NCBI GenBank assembly: GCA_965219445.1
Contig: CBDCNQ010000002.1
Span: forward strand, 416,001-480,000
From: Longimicrobiales bacterium
GTDB taxonomy: Bacteria; Gemmatimonadota; Gemmatimonadetes; Longimicrobiales; Gaopeijiaceae
Length of the DNA: 64,000 bases
Reading direction: 5' to 3'
Notes under the pieces: model-generated
Database searches by the model: none
The model's input: only the letters and a program-made list of their open reading frames with translations
What the model was told of the DNA's origin: nothing
Made by a program: the position numbers and the translations under genes
Part shown: positions 31,364 to 41,847 of the stretch, piece after piece
How the letters are laid out: each line of letters begins with the position of its first letter
Position numbering within the stretch: the stretch's first letter is position 1

Positions 31364-32029
31364 CTAGCCTTTCGGGTCGAACACCGTGCCCCCGGCCCCC
31401 TGGTAGCGGTACCGAATGGTCATGCAGCCGGCCTGGGCGGTCGGGCAGTAATAGCTCAGAATCTGGAATGCCGCATACCGTCCGTCGGCAGTCCGAACCC
31501 CAAAAATATTGGGTTTCGGACTCAGGACATGGCTGGTCCAGCTGTATTCGTACCACTCGGCCGTTACCGCGTTAGTCACCTCGCGGCCAGGCGCGTTCGG
31601 GGCGTACCCCGTCGTCGGAAGGGTCGTCAGGGAGTCGAGCGAGGTGGGGCCGAGATCGAGAATCCCTCCCTGCCCCGCGAAGTCCGGCCCCCCGTTCGCG
31701 AGGATCGTGAATCTTCGGAACGCCAAGTCCCATCCGAGAGGGTCCGGGGAAGTGACCACCGAGCCGCTGGAGAAGTCGAAGAGCATGAGCTCGCTGCCCC
31801 TTCCGTCCACGGTGATGACCGATGGTCCAACGAGCCGGTCTCCGACCTCCTGGGGATTCACGACGGACACCGGATAAAAGGTCAGCGGCGTGGGCCGCCG
31901 CAGGCTCGATATCACGAATATCACGGCCACGATCACGAGGAGACCGATGATCACGATCGCCGTCCGAGACGGACCACGCGAGGCCCGGGTCCGAGCTCGG
32001 CCATCGATGGGGTCGAGGTGTGTGGGCAT
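31364..32029 (-). CDS. HmuY-family protein
   Basis: WDLAFRR, WYEY, VRTADGRYA.FQILSYY. Confidence 0.75.
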   Translation of the reverse strand: MPTHLDPIDGRARTRASRGPSRTAIVIIGLLVIVAVIFVISSLRRPTPLTFYPVSVVNPQEVGDRLVGPSVITVDGRGSELMLFDFSSGSVVTSPDPLGWDLAFRRFTILANGGPDFAGQGGILDLGPTSLDSLTTLPTTGYAPNAPGREVTNAVTAEWYEYSWTSHVLSPKPNIFGVRTADGRYAAFQILSYYCPTAQAGCMTIRYRYQGAGGTVFDPKG

Positions 32030-32224
32030 GTGGGCTCTCTACAGGGGTCGGACGATGAAGTCTACATGAACGGGGCGGCGGTTCAAGTCGACGCTCGAGT
32101 CGCGGAGTTCGGTCGGGTGCCTCCAATTGCTGAGGAGCGCTGGGCTCACCAAGTTCCGATGGAGAATCCCCTACCCTCGGTGAGGTGAGTTCCTTGTCCA
32201 GGATATCAGCGTGAAGCCTGCCAC

Positions 32225-33328
32225 GTGAAGCCTGCCACTCGATCCAGCCGAAGCTCTCGTCCGCTGGCGCTGATGATTGCTTGGGGCGTTTGGGTCTCTG
32301 CCTGCTCGAGGGACGGAAGCCCAAATCCGCCAGCGGACGCTACCCTCCCTCAGCCTGGGGTGATTGCATCCCGATCGCCGACCCCGGACGCCCCCCCTAC
32401 CCGCTGGCTGGAGTTGCTCGGCGAATACGGCCCTACCGACGACGTCTGGCTGATCCTGGAGGACGAGTTACGGCTCCAGCTGAGGCACGGAGAGCTTGCC
32501 TACCCTCTGGAGGAAGCCTCGGTGGATGAATTTCTCGGTCGTCCCTCGGGCGACGGAGCGACGGCGCGCCTCCTGTTCACGCGCGGAGGGGACGGCCGCG
32601 CCGAGGGTTTCCAGTTGGGTGGAGCCCACTTCGCGAGGCGGGAGGTCGGCACCGTAGGAGCCGAGATCTTTCGGATCGAGCCTGTTCGGGACGTCGAGGA
32701 GCTTCGCATCGAGGCGCTCGTGACGTCACCACCGGTGGAGGAAGGCGTTTTTCGCGAGTCCGAGCTGGTGGACCTCACGTCCTTGGATTCGACGATCAGG
32801 CTCGATATCCGCTATGCCACCACGAACAACTTCATGAACGCTGTGTTCTACGAGGATTCCCGCGCCTTCCTTCAACGTCCGGGTGCCGAGGCCGTGGCGC
32901 GGGCTCACAGAGCGCTTGCGCCCTATGGGTACGGACTACTCATCCACGATGGATATCGGCCCTGGTACGTGACCAAGATGTTCTGGGACGCGACGCCCAC
33001 GCATCAGCGTGAGTTCGTCGCGAATCCGGCGAATGGGTCGAGGCACAACCGAGGGGCGGCCGTCGATCTCTCCCTCTACGATCTGGTGAGCGGAGATCCG
33101 GTTGAGATGCCGGGGGGATATGATGAGTTCTCCCACCGCTCGTATTCCGACTATCCGGGCGGCACCGCGAGACAGCGGTGGCACCGCGACCTGCTACGGC
33201 AGGTGATGGAAGCCGAGGGATTCACCGTCAATTCCGGTGAATGGTGGCATTTCGACTACCGGGATTGGCGGGAGTACGGAATCCAGAATGAGGTTTTCGG
33301 CGAAATCGGTGCTACCCCACCCGCTTAG
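32225..33328 (+). CDS. M15D D-Ala-D-Ala dipeptidase (VanX/DdpX-like) with N-terminal lipoprotein extension
   Basis: DIRYAT.NNF, DGYRP, SRHNRGAAVDL, EWWHFDY; lipobox VSAC. Confidence 0.88.
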   Translation: MKPATRSSRSSRPLALMIAWGVWVSACSRDGSPNPPADATLPQPGVIASRSPTPDAPPTRWLELLGEYGPTDDVWLILEDELRLQLRHGELAYPLEEASVDEFLGRPSGDGATARLLFTRGGDGRAEGFQLGGAHFARREVGTVGAEIFRIEPVRDVEELRIEALVTSPPVEEGVFRESELVDLTSLDSTIRLDIRYATTNNFMNAVFYEDSRAFLQRPGAEAVARAHRALAPYGYGLLIHDGYRPWYVTKMFWDATPTHQREFVANPANGSRHNRGAAVDLSLYDLVSGDPVEMPGGYDEFSHRSYSDYPGGTARQRWHRDLLRQVMEAEGFTVNSGEWWHFDYRDWREYGIQNEVFGEIGATPPA

Positions 33329-34641
33329 TTGTGCTGAAAGGACAGCGCCACGCTGGCGGCTCTGAACTCGCCCGCCGAATTCTTCTCGGTGAGGTAGGCT
33401 CCTGAAAGGTGCACCGGACCCATCTCTAGGCCGAAGCCTGCGGCAAAGTGAACGGCCCCACCCGAGATACGCGACAGGCCCCCACGCAGCGGCAGGAACG
33501 GGATCACGCGGAATTCCAGGCCCATCCCTATCTGCGATCCCTCGCCGTGGACCAGCGCCTCTCCTGAGTCGTGCCGGAAATCCGCCGTGATAGAGATCCG
33601 TTCCGTGGCACGGTAGGCAACGCCCAGGTTGAGAACCGGCCCGAAGCTTTGCCCCAAGAGTTCATCCTGGAGCGAGGCGGGTGCACCCGCCACCGGGAGT
33701 GGGTCGAAGTCGGTCGCAGTCGAGTCGTTGTCGGCGAAGACGGTGCCCGGCCGGAAAGCGAAAGCGTCGAGGTTCCACTGAAATGTGTGAAAGACGTTCT
33801 GCACCGCAGCGCTGATGGCCCAGGTCGAGCCCTCCCAGGCCAGCGCGAGGTCCAGGCCCATGCCCGTACCGTTGCTTACGGTAAAGCTGTCCGGAAGGAT
33901 CATGGGAAGCTCGAGGTCCATCCCGATCGGGTTGGCTGTAATCACGCTGTTGTCGTCACGGGTCGCGACCACGGCATGGCCGACGGTGTATTTCAGGGTG
34001 GCTCCGGCCGCCAGGCTTCCGCCTTTTGTCTCAGGCAACGGGATTCCTAACGCGAGCGCCACAGTCGTTGCCGCCCACCCGTCCCCTGCTGTGCCTGTCA
34101 ACGTCATATCCCGCGCGGTGCCGGTGCGGCCCGCGTTGCCAAACAAGGCCAACTCGACAGCGTCCGGACTCAGTGTGGCGTCGGTATCACCAACGGTCGA
34201 GATCTGCAGGCCTACAGGCCCGGCGCTCAGCGCGAAAGCGGTCGCTGCGGCGCCGGCTCGTGCCGTGAGGCCGCCTTCAGTGATGACGGACTGGAGCCAC
34301 GCGTCCTTCGTTGCCACGGGAATCGTCTGTCCGGCGAGAGCATCGATTTCGCTAAGACTGATGGCGTTCAAACCTACCCGGGCCTGAACTGGGAGTAGCG
34401 CGAGGGAGAACCCCGGGTTCCCGGGCATGCCGAGTCCGGCTGGGTTCAGGGCGATAGCCGTGAAGCCCCTTGCCAGGGCTGTATAGTTGTTCGCTGTGCC
34501 AAGCGCCGCGGTGCTCGCCGACGGCAGTTGGCCGGCCACGGCACGAGGGAATGATACCGCCGCTAGTGTTAGACATAGGTTCACCGCGGCCACTGCTTGC
34601 TTCGACATCATCGCTCCGTACCTCCATGTAGGTTGCTTCAT
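33325..34641 (-). CDS. Putative outer-membrane beta-barrel protein
   Basis: Signal peptide, A.ALNPAGL N-terminal motif, alternating amphipathic strands; start may be ATG 34611. Confidence 0.65.
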   Translation of the reverse strand: MKQPTWRYGAMMSKQAVAAVNLCLTLAAVSFPRAVAGQLPSASTAALGTANNYTALARGFTAIALNPAGLGMPGNPGFSLALLPVQARVGLNAISLSEIDALAGQTIPVATKDAWLQSVITEGGLTARAGAAATAFALSAGPVGLQISTVGDTDATLSPDAVELALFGNAGRTGTARDMTLTGTAGDGWAATTVALALGIPLPETKGGSLAAGATLKYTVGHAVVATRDDNSVITANPIGMDLELPMILPDSFTVSNGTGMGLDLALAWEGSTWAISAAVQNVFHTFQWNLDAFAFRPGTVFADNDSTATDFDPLPVAGAPASLQDELLGQSFGPVLNLGVAYRATERISITADFRHDSGEALVHGEGSQIGMGLEFRVIPFLPLRGGLSRISGGAVHFAAGFGLEMGPVHLSGAYLTEKNSAGEFRAASVALSFQHN

Positions 34642-35717
34642 CCTCCTAGCTCCAGCTCGACATCCAGGCTGGCATCGAGCGTCGCTTCCTGCGTCGGCGT
34701 AACCGTAGCCGGTACGCCGGGTGAGCTGACGGTGCCGGTGCCTCGGAAGAACACGCCCGTCTTGCCCAGGAAGGACTGGAGCTCAGGTCCCGTATAGGAA
34801 AGTGTTGCGGACGTGGTCGGCCCACTACCGATGTTCAGAGTCCTCTGAAGCGTCGTGATATTGGGGCCGCCGATTTCCAACACGACGTCGATCGCCACGC
34901 CAAACGGGTTCTGAACATCCAGGACCAGTGAGCCACTCTGAATGTTGTCCACCAAATCGGCGTCGATGCCGCTCACGTCGAGTGTCGTCTCGGGGATGCT
35001 GACCGCTCGGCCGTCCACGACGATCGTAACGGACGAAACGAGGATCGAACCCACGGTTGCCGTGATATCGAAGACGGCGTTGACGTCGATCAGGACTGGG
35101 TCGCCCACGGGGGAATTGATGTCGATCACGGTCAGAATCGTCGGCGTTACCGTTCCGGCAGTCATGGTGATCGGGATCGTCGTGAGACCCCCATTCGGCA
35201 GGGAATTGGTGGGGCCAGCCAGCGCCACCTGACCGAGAACGCGGCCGAGGATGTCCCCGTCGTAGACGGTCATGGTCATGGTTCCGGGGTTGGCCACGGC
35301 CGGATTGATGGGGTCGAAGCCGAGGTTGTTCTGGATGGCCAGAGAAACCGATCCGCTCACCAGCGCTGCCGACACGACATCGGTCGGAAGGGTGCCACTC
35401 TCATTGTACGAAGTGTTGAACGCCGGCTTGGGTACCGTGAGCCCATCGACGGGACCACAAGCTCCGCACAACCCACCGAGCGTTTGGTTCAGCGTGAACG
35501 GGGCCACGTCCACCTGGAAGTTTCCACCGGCCGTGTCGACGTTTGCCGGAAGGAGCTCGGCAACGGAAATCGACTTGTCCTCGATGGGAATTACCCAGCG
35601 TTGCCCGATGATGGGTAGTTCCGTCGGGACGTCACATCCGGAAAGGGCAGCAATGGCAAGAAGAAGGCCTGCATGCCCGAGAGGCGCACGAAGACGAGGC
35701 CGGGTGCAAGACTGCAT
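34638..35717 (-). CDS. Hypothetical beta-rich lipoprotein
   Basis: Lipobox LSGC; adjoins the barrel gene. Confidence 0.7.
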   Translation of the reverse strand: MQSCTRPRLRAPLGHAGLLLAIAALSGCDVPTELPIIGQRWVIPIEDKSISVAELLPANVDTAGGNFQVDVAPFTLNQTLGGLCGACGPVDGLTVPKPAFNTSYNESGTLPTDVVSAALVSGSVSLAIQNNLGFDPINPAVANPGTMTMTVYDGDILGRVLGQVALAGPTNSLPNGGLTTIPITMTAGTVTPTILTVIDINSPVGDPVLIDVNAVFDITATVGSILVSSVTIVVDGRAVSIPETTLDVSGIDADLVDNIQSGSLVLDVQNPFGVAIDVVLEIGGPNITTLQRTLNIGSGPTTSATLSYTGPELQSFLGKTGVFFRGTGTVSSPGVPATVTPTQEATLDASLDVELELGG

Positions 35718-36094
35718 GAAGGACACCTTGAGTTCTTGTTGAGGAAGATCGATACGGGGCGATAAGGAGGCATTTCCAAGATAACAACCGGCGGTCGCCG
35801 GTTGCGAGGAAAATTTACGCTGCGGTGCGCGCGAGGTACGACATACTGCCCGAGGCACGCCGCAGCGAATCCGACGTCGGCGGGGGACCGCGATTGGTCA
35901 ACCTTGAGTGGTGGAGTTGGCGACCCCCGACGTCGAATGTTCCGCGAACTTTGGTCAGACCTGGTGGGGTGCGGTCCAGCAGGTTCTCCCTAGAACCCAA
36001 ACACGAATCCGAGGAGCGGCCCGTGCGTAGTAGTGTCGTACGACGCGGTCACAATGCGGATGGCTCCCCCCTGAACCTATTGGACCAACGTCCA

Positions 36095-37249
36095 ATGTTG
36101 GCGTGGGTTCAGCTTCTCGGCCGAACTGAGCCGATCAGCCCCAGCTCCACCGAGTCGCTCCCGTTTACCGCGCTTGGGAGCTTCACATGGGAGTGCTGCG
36201 GCGAGACCCACCTGATGTCGATCAACGATTTTGGCAACACCACGATTGGAGGGGCAATGCTCGGGGAGATGTTCTACCGCCTTGCCTCCACGATTTTGGA
36301 CAACGAATCCGAGGGCACCGAGCGTGCCTGGCGGGAAGCGGGCGTGGTGGCTTTGAATCCCGGACGGGGTGTGACCCGGATATTCACTGGGCGTGCGTTT
36401 GACGATGGTATGAACCCGACAGACCCCCTCGACTACAGGGGGAATCGCCTCTTCAACACGTTCAACTTCGGGTACCGAATGGTTGGAGAAGGAGATCGAT
36501 TGGACTTCTCGGAGGACGAGGCTCACTTCTTCGTCGAAATGGACCTCTCTTTCGGAAATCCGTTCGACATGGAACGAAACAAGCCGTTCGACTTTTTCAC
36601 TCTTGGGGTCCAGTTGAACTTCAGGGACAAGAAACCGCTCGGCAGACTCCAGGGGCGCGGCACTCTGCGCAATTTCGAGCTGAGCCGCTCCGAGACCCGT
36701 CAGCAACTCTTCTCCATCGCGCACTACTTCGACTACTTCGACAACAACGCGTATGAGTTTGGCGGTCAAAGCGTGGGGTTCATCTACCTGTCCAACTGGA
36801 TCCGGTCGCACCGCACTCGCCTCGTGGTTGCCACCGACATCCACGCGATGCTGATGGGCGGGGTGAACACGGAATACGCCGAGTTCGCCGAGATCCCGGG
36901 CGTGCGGGAGCGTGACCGAGAGTATGACTTCGGGTCCGGCTTCGGGAACTGGCTCCAGTTCCGAGTGCTCCGCGATGAGTACCGGATCGTGGACCTGAGC
37001 TATCGAATCAACTGGATACACACGTTGAACGGGACCAACGTCGGGGGCCAGAATACCGATCACATCATTCAACAGGCGACCGTCAGGCTCGGATGGCCAT
37101 TGAGTGCCAGCTGGGGAGTAGCCGTTGAGAGCTCAGTTTTCCTCCGGAACAGCTACTTCGAGGAAGATTTCTTCGACGACGTGCGGCAAAGGAATCCGGA
37201 GCTGCGAATCCTGGGGTCGTGGACGGTGGGGTCCAGAGGGGCCTTCTGA
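36095..37249 (+). pseudogene. DUF3943-like outer-membrane protein, probably 5'-truncated
   Basis: GS..WE..GE...SIND..NTT.GG..LGE..YRL motif then beta-strands; no signal peptide or convincing start. Confidence 0.55.
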
Positions 37250-37378
37250 TCCGGTCCTTCGATTGACCCCGCCGGGGTGGCGGGCTTGTGTACTCCCGTC
37301 ACAGTCCCCCGCCCCACCTGAACTGGTAGGCCACGAGGAAGCTCTCGACTTCAGCAGCCATCATTCGGCCCCAGGAGT

Positions 37379-38050
37379 TTGCATGAGGCTCGGTCAGTGA
37401 TAAGGTCTACCGTCAACCTCGCCGTCGTCACGGGCGTGATGATGCTGGCCCCTTCCAGCGGACACGGTCAGAACGGTGGAGGATCCACTGCCGCAGCCTT
37501 TGTAGGGGCTGCTCTGGGAGCCACATCGGGTTCCATGCTCGGGCTCCTGGGAGGCTTGGAGGGGTGCAATCGGACTCTCCGCCCGTCGCGATGCAGTCGC
37601 ATCACCACTGCGACTGGGGCAGCCATCGGGCTTACCACCGGAGCCGTCATCGGATGGCAAAACGAGTCGGAGCTGGACGATCGCGTCGAGAGCGCAGCGC
37701 TGGGTGTCCTCTTGGGCGCCGGAGTGGGTTTGGGGCTGAAGAAATTCGTCCGGCAATATGAATGGCCCGACGTGGCTGCCGCCTCCCTTTTGGGACTTGC
37801 TATCGGCGCGTCGGCCGAGGGCTCCGGTCTCGGACTGGCCGCTGGAGCTGCGGCCGGAGTCTTACTGTGGCGCCTCCATCCCTCCGTGGGACCGGCCGGA
37901 ATCGTCGTATGGGCTCTGGCTGGACTGGCTGTCGGGGGGCTCACTGACTGGGTGGCCGATGCCGCGCGGGCAAGCTCCCGCGCACTTGATCCCACTCCAA
38001 TTCTCCGTTCCGCTGTGACGCCGTTCTTCGATTCACGGCTCCTTCTATAA
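37379..38050 (+). CDS. Hypothetical Gly/Ala-rich membrane protein
   Basis: Glycine-zipper-like hydrophobic helices; AGGAG before start. Confidence 0.55.
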   Translation: MHEARSVIRSTVNLAVVTGVMMLAPSSGHGQNGGGSTAAAFVGAALGATSGSMLGLLGGLEGCNRTLRPSRCSRITTATGAAIGLTTGAVIGWQNESELDDRVESAALGVLLGAGVGLGLKKFVRQYEWPDVAAASLLGLAIGASAEGSGLGLAAGAAAGVLLWRLHPSVGPAGIVVWALAGLAVGGLTDWVADAARASSRALDPTPILRSAVTPFFDSRLLL

Positions 38051-38239
38051 GATCGCCCGGTAGAAGGCCAGGCCGAGGAGGATTCGTAGCGTCAAGCGTG
38101 ATGTCTAATAAAAGTCCCAAATCCCCATGGATACGCCCGATCACGACTTTAAAGTTACATAACCCTTGCGTCCGAACCAACGACCGTCGTATCCTTGGGG
38201 CGACACTTGTAAGGTACAAATCGCCCTGTGAGGGTCAAA

Positions 38240-38527
38240 ATGGGACATTTAAGTTACACATCCGCAACCGATCGGGAGGTGATGCAGGAGCTCGGGCGCC
38301 GCCTGGTGGCGCTCCGCGAATCTCAGCGCCTGACGATGCTGGAGGCCGCCGAGCGGGCGGCCCTGTCTCGCCAGACGCTGTACCGGGCGGAGCGAGGGCA
38401 GAACCCTACGCTCGTTACGATCGTGCGACTGCTTCGAGTCTACGGCCGGCTCGCTGCCCTGGAGAGCTTCATTCCCGAGCCCGAGATCTCCCCAATGGCC
38501 GTCCTCGAAGAGCGGCGGGCGACGTAG
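38240..38527 (+). CDS. XRE helix-turn-helix protein, HipB-like antitoxin
   Basis: LT..EAAERAALSRQTLYRAE.G; immediately upstream of hipA. Confidence 0.85.
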   Translation: MGHLSYTSATDREVMQELGRRLVALRESQRLTMLEAAERAALSRQTLYRAERGQNPTLVTIVRLLRVYGRLAALESFIPEPEISPMAVLEERRAT

Positions 38528-38528
38528 C

Positions 38529-39818
38529 GTGGCCACCGTCCTTGCCGACGCCGAGGTCCGCCTCTGGGGCGAGACGGTGGGTGCGGTCGTGGAGCTCGAC
38601 AACGGCCGCATCCTCTTCGAGTACGCCGACGCTTTCCGGCGCCGCGGGCTGGACATCTCCCCCATCCACCTTCCCACATCCCGGGAGGGTCCCCTCGGCT
38701 TCGACGAGCTCCTGAGGCGGCCGGCCTTTCGGGGCCTCCCCGGTGTGCTCGCCGACTCACTCCCCGACGCGTTCGGCAACAAGGTCATCCGGGCATATTT
38801 CGAGGCCCGCGGCGAGTCGGCCCGGGCGCTCAGTCCCGTCCAGCGACTGCTGTACGTCGGGGAGCGGGCCCTGGGTGCGCTCACCTTTCACCCCGCTGAG
38901 GACATTCCGACCCGCGAGGCCGAGCTCGAGTCGCTCGAGGTCGCCGCCCTGGTCCGTGACGCGCGGCGCATCGTCCAGGGCGAGCCCGAGGTGGCGATCC
39001 CCGAGATCTATCGCATCGGGTCCTCGGCGGGTGGCATGCGTCCGAAGGCCGTCATCCTCTACGACCCGGCGGACGGCTCCATCCGATCCTCGAACGCGCC
39101 GCCTGGGCCCGAGGATCTCCCCTGCATCCTCAAGTTCGATGGCGTGGGTGACGGCGTGACTCCCGACCGCCTCGGGGCCCCCATGCCCTTTAACCGCGTG
39201 GAGGCCGCGTACTCGGAGATGGCGCGGGCGGCGGGACTCGAGGCGACCCGTGTCGAGGTCCTCGAGCACAAAGGTTACGCACACCTCCTCATCCGCCGCT
39301 TCGACCTCGAGGACGGCGAGCGGATTCACCAACACACCCTCGGGGGACTCGTCCACGTCGACTACAACGACCGCGGGGCGAGCTCGTACGAAGAATACCT
39401 ACGGACCGTCTTCAGGCTCGGGATGACGTACGGTCCTCTCGAGCAGGCGTACCGCCGGATGGTCTTCAACGTGCTCGCCATCAACCAGGACGATCACGTG
39501 AAGAATCTGTCCTTCCACATGCGCCCCGACGGGGAGTGGTCCCTGGCGCCGGCATACGACCTCACCTTCGCCCGCGGAGTGGACTGGACGTCGGAGCACC
39601 AGATGCGCGTGCGCGACAAGACTGCCGGCATCCGTGAGTCCGACCTTCTCGCCGTGGCGAGAGAGTTTGGCGTGAAGAAGCCGGAGCGCATCCTCGAGGA
39701 GACCCGTTCGGCCGTGGCCGGCTGGGAGGGCTACGCTCAGGAATTCGCGGTCCCGCTGTCCACGGTCGTCGACGTGCGGAAGGCGTTGAACGAGCGGGTC
39801 AGGTCGCTGGAGGTCTAA
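38529..39818 (+). CDS. hipA: HipA-family kinase toxin
   Basis: DSLPD.FG, SAGGMRPK, RRFD, NQDDHVKNLSF, LAPAYD. Confidence 0.92.
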   Translation: MATVLADAEVRLWGETVGAVVELDNGRILFEYADAFRRRGLDISPIHLPTSREGPLGFDELLRRPAFRGLPGVLADSLPDAFGNKVIRAYFEARGESARALSPVQRLLYVGERALGALTFHPAEDIPTREAELESLEVAALVRDARRIVQGEPEVAIPEIYRIGSSAGGMRPKAVILYDPADGSIRSSNAPPGPEDLPCILKFDGVGDGVTPDRLGAPMPFNRVEAAYSEMARAAGLEATRVEVLEHKGYAHLLIRRFDLEDGERIHQHTLGGLVHVDYNDRGASSYEEYLRTVFRLGMTYGPLEQAYRRMVFNVLAINQDDHVKNLSFHMRPDGEWSLAPAYDLTFARGVDWTSEHQMRVRDKTAGIRESDLLAVAREFGVKKPERILEETRSAVAGWEGYAQEFAVPLSTVVDVRKALNERVRSLEV

Positions 39819-40191
39819 GGCCGAGAGAGAGAGACCGCGGTCTCCCGCCCGCGCAGGACGCCTGTTTGACCGGAGAGAGGCACGACGCCGATCGCGTTCG
39901 CCGTAAGCGCTATCAGGAGTGCGAAGCCGGGGCCCTTGGTCTTGGGTTTACAAGTGCGCATGGGGTTGGGCGAGGAGGGAAAGGGAGGAGTCGGGCACAT
40001 CGTAATCTGACACGCCAACCGCCCGATCCGCAAAGTGCAGCACCGCATTATCGCACCGGCCGATTCGTTTAGTCGGTGCCGATGCTTGCGCCCACCCACG
40101 CGCCCATTAGGATGTTGACTCGGTGTGATCCCCGAGTGCGCTGGGTCCGGCCCCATGTTTCTATCGATGGGGCGGCCAAAAAGGAGGAACC

Positions 40192-41223
40192 ATGTCAGGA
40201 GACGGATCGCGGTGGGCCGGCAGCGTGGCGGCTTTATTGCTGACTGCAGGACTGTTCGCCTGTGGTGTCGAAACCGAAACCGAGGACCAGAGCTACCCGG
40301 CGATGACGACCATGGCGGAGTACCAGCACGCGATGGAGGAACTGTCCAACTGGGGCCGTTGGGGACCGGAGGACGAGCTGGGCGCGGCGAACCTCATCAC
40401 GCCGGCAAAGCGGAGGGCCGCGGCCGCGCTCGTAACCGAAGGGATCAGCGTTTCGCTCGCGCACGATGTCGTGCAGGAAACGGCACTCGACGCCACGACG
40501 ATTCTGAATCGTGAAGTGCTGCGGGTCAGCGCGACGGGCGCCTCCGACCGGTATCAGTACACCGGGTCGTACCACGGCGTCATCCATAGCCACCTCGATG
40601 CGGTCGACTGCCACATCATGGTCGATGGCAAGGGCTACAACGGCGTGGCGATGGAGGACATCGAGGCGACGGGCGGCTGTCCGCAGGGGAGCATCAACGC
40701 TCTGAAGGACGGCATCGTCACACGTGGCATCCTCTTCGATGCCACGCTCCTTCCGGGCAACGCCACCCCAGAGGGGTGGGTCGAGCCCGGGACTGCGATC
40801 CGAGCCGCGGACCTCGAGGCCCTGGAAGAGATCGAGGGCGTGAGGGTCGAGCCGGGTGACGTGATCCTGCTTTACACGGGTCGCTGGAAGCGGCGTGCCG
40901 CGCTGGGGCCGTGGCCGACCTCGGAGGGCGTGGCCGGCTATCATGCCGACGTCGCCTACTTCATGAAGGAGCGCGGCGTGTCGTTCATCGGCCACGACAT
41001 GTGGAACGACGTCTTCCCCCACGAATTCTCCGACGGTGAGCGCCTCCCACTGCACCGGCTCGCGCTGGTCTCGCTCGGCGTCGGGATTTTCGACAATCTC
41101 GATTTCGAGCGGGTTGCCGAAGAGGCCAGACGTCTAGGGAAGTACGAATTCCTGTTTACGGCCGCGCCGCTGAGAATCGAACAGGGGATGGGCTCGCCCA
41201 TCAATCCGATCGCGACGTTTTAG
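40192..41223 (+). CDS. Cyclase-family (kynurenine formamidase-like) metal hydrolase, lipoprotein
   Basis: NWGRWG..DELG..N, HSHLDA, GD..L.YTG, GSPINP; lipobox LFAC. Confidence 0.85.
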   Translation: MSGDGSRWAGSVAALLLTAGLFACGVETETEDQSYPAMTTMAEYQHAMEELSNWGRWGPEDELGAANLITPAKRRAAAALVTEGISVSLAHDVVQETALDATTILNREVLRVSATGASDRYQYTGSYHGVIHSHLDAVDCHIMVDGKGYNGVAMEDIEATGGCPQGSINALKDGIVTRGILFDATLLPGNATPEGWVEPGTAIRAADLEALEEIEGVRVEPGDVILLYTGRWKRRAALGPWPTSEGVAGYHADVAYFMKERGVSFIGHDMWNDVFPHEFSDGERLPLHRLALVSLGVGIFDNLDFERVAEEARRLGKYEFLFTAAPLRIEQGMGSPINPIATF

Positions 41224-41235
41224 CCGGCGATTATC

Positions 41236-41742
41236 GTGTCTCGTGACCGCGCCGCTGGCCCCGTGTTTGGCTTATTGATAGGTGCAGCAGTCGTGGCGCT
41301 CTTCCCCGTTCCAGCTCGCGGTTCGGTGCAGAGTCCCCCTTCGATTTCATGCGCGGATCTCTATTCCCGGTCACCGTTGGAGGACCTGACTCGTTGCGCC
41401 GAGCAGGGCAATGCTAGAGCGCAGTCTGCGCTCGGGTTGAAGTACGCGAGTGGTGCAGGCGTCCCGGAGGACGATGTCGAAGCGGTGCGCTGGTATCGGC
41501 TGGCCGCCGAGCAGGGGGATGCTGGCGCCCAATGGAGCCTTGGAACCATGTATGAGAAGGGTGATGGGGTGCCGCAAGACGACGTTCTCGCCTATATGTG
41601 GTGTCTTCTGTCCGCCGCCCAAGGAAACGCTTCGGCGCAGGAGACCACAGACATCATCGAGGGGCGGATGAGCCGGGAGCAAATCGCTGAGGCCGAAAGG
41701 CTGTCCCGCGAGTGGACGGAGACCCATCCCGGGGCCAACTGA
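41236..41742 (+). CDS. Sel1-repeat protein
   Basis: AEQG.A.AQ..LG..Y..G.GVP.D repeated twice. Confidence 0.9.
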   Translation: MSRDRAAGPVFGLLIGAAVVALFPVPARGSVQSPPSISCADLYSRSPLEDLTRCAEQGNARAQSALGLKYASGAGVPEDDVEAVRWYRLAAEQGDAGAQWSLGTMYEKGDGVPQDDVLAYMWCLLSAAQGNASAQETTDIIEGRMSREQIAEAERLSREWTETHPGAN

Positions 41743-41847
41743 GCTGGAGAGGTAGGGGCCCTCGACGGCCTTCTTTCCATGGCACCCCTATGGAGATCCC
41801 CAGGATGCCCAGTCGAGAAGGTGAAATCCGTCGTTCGACAGTCGTGT

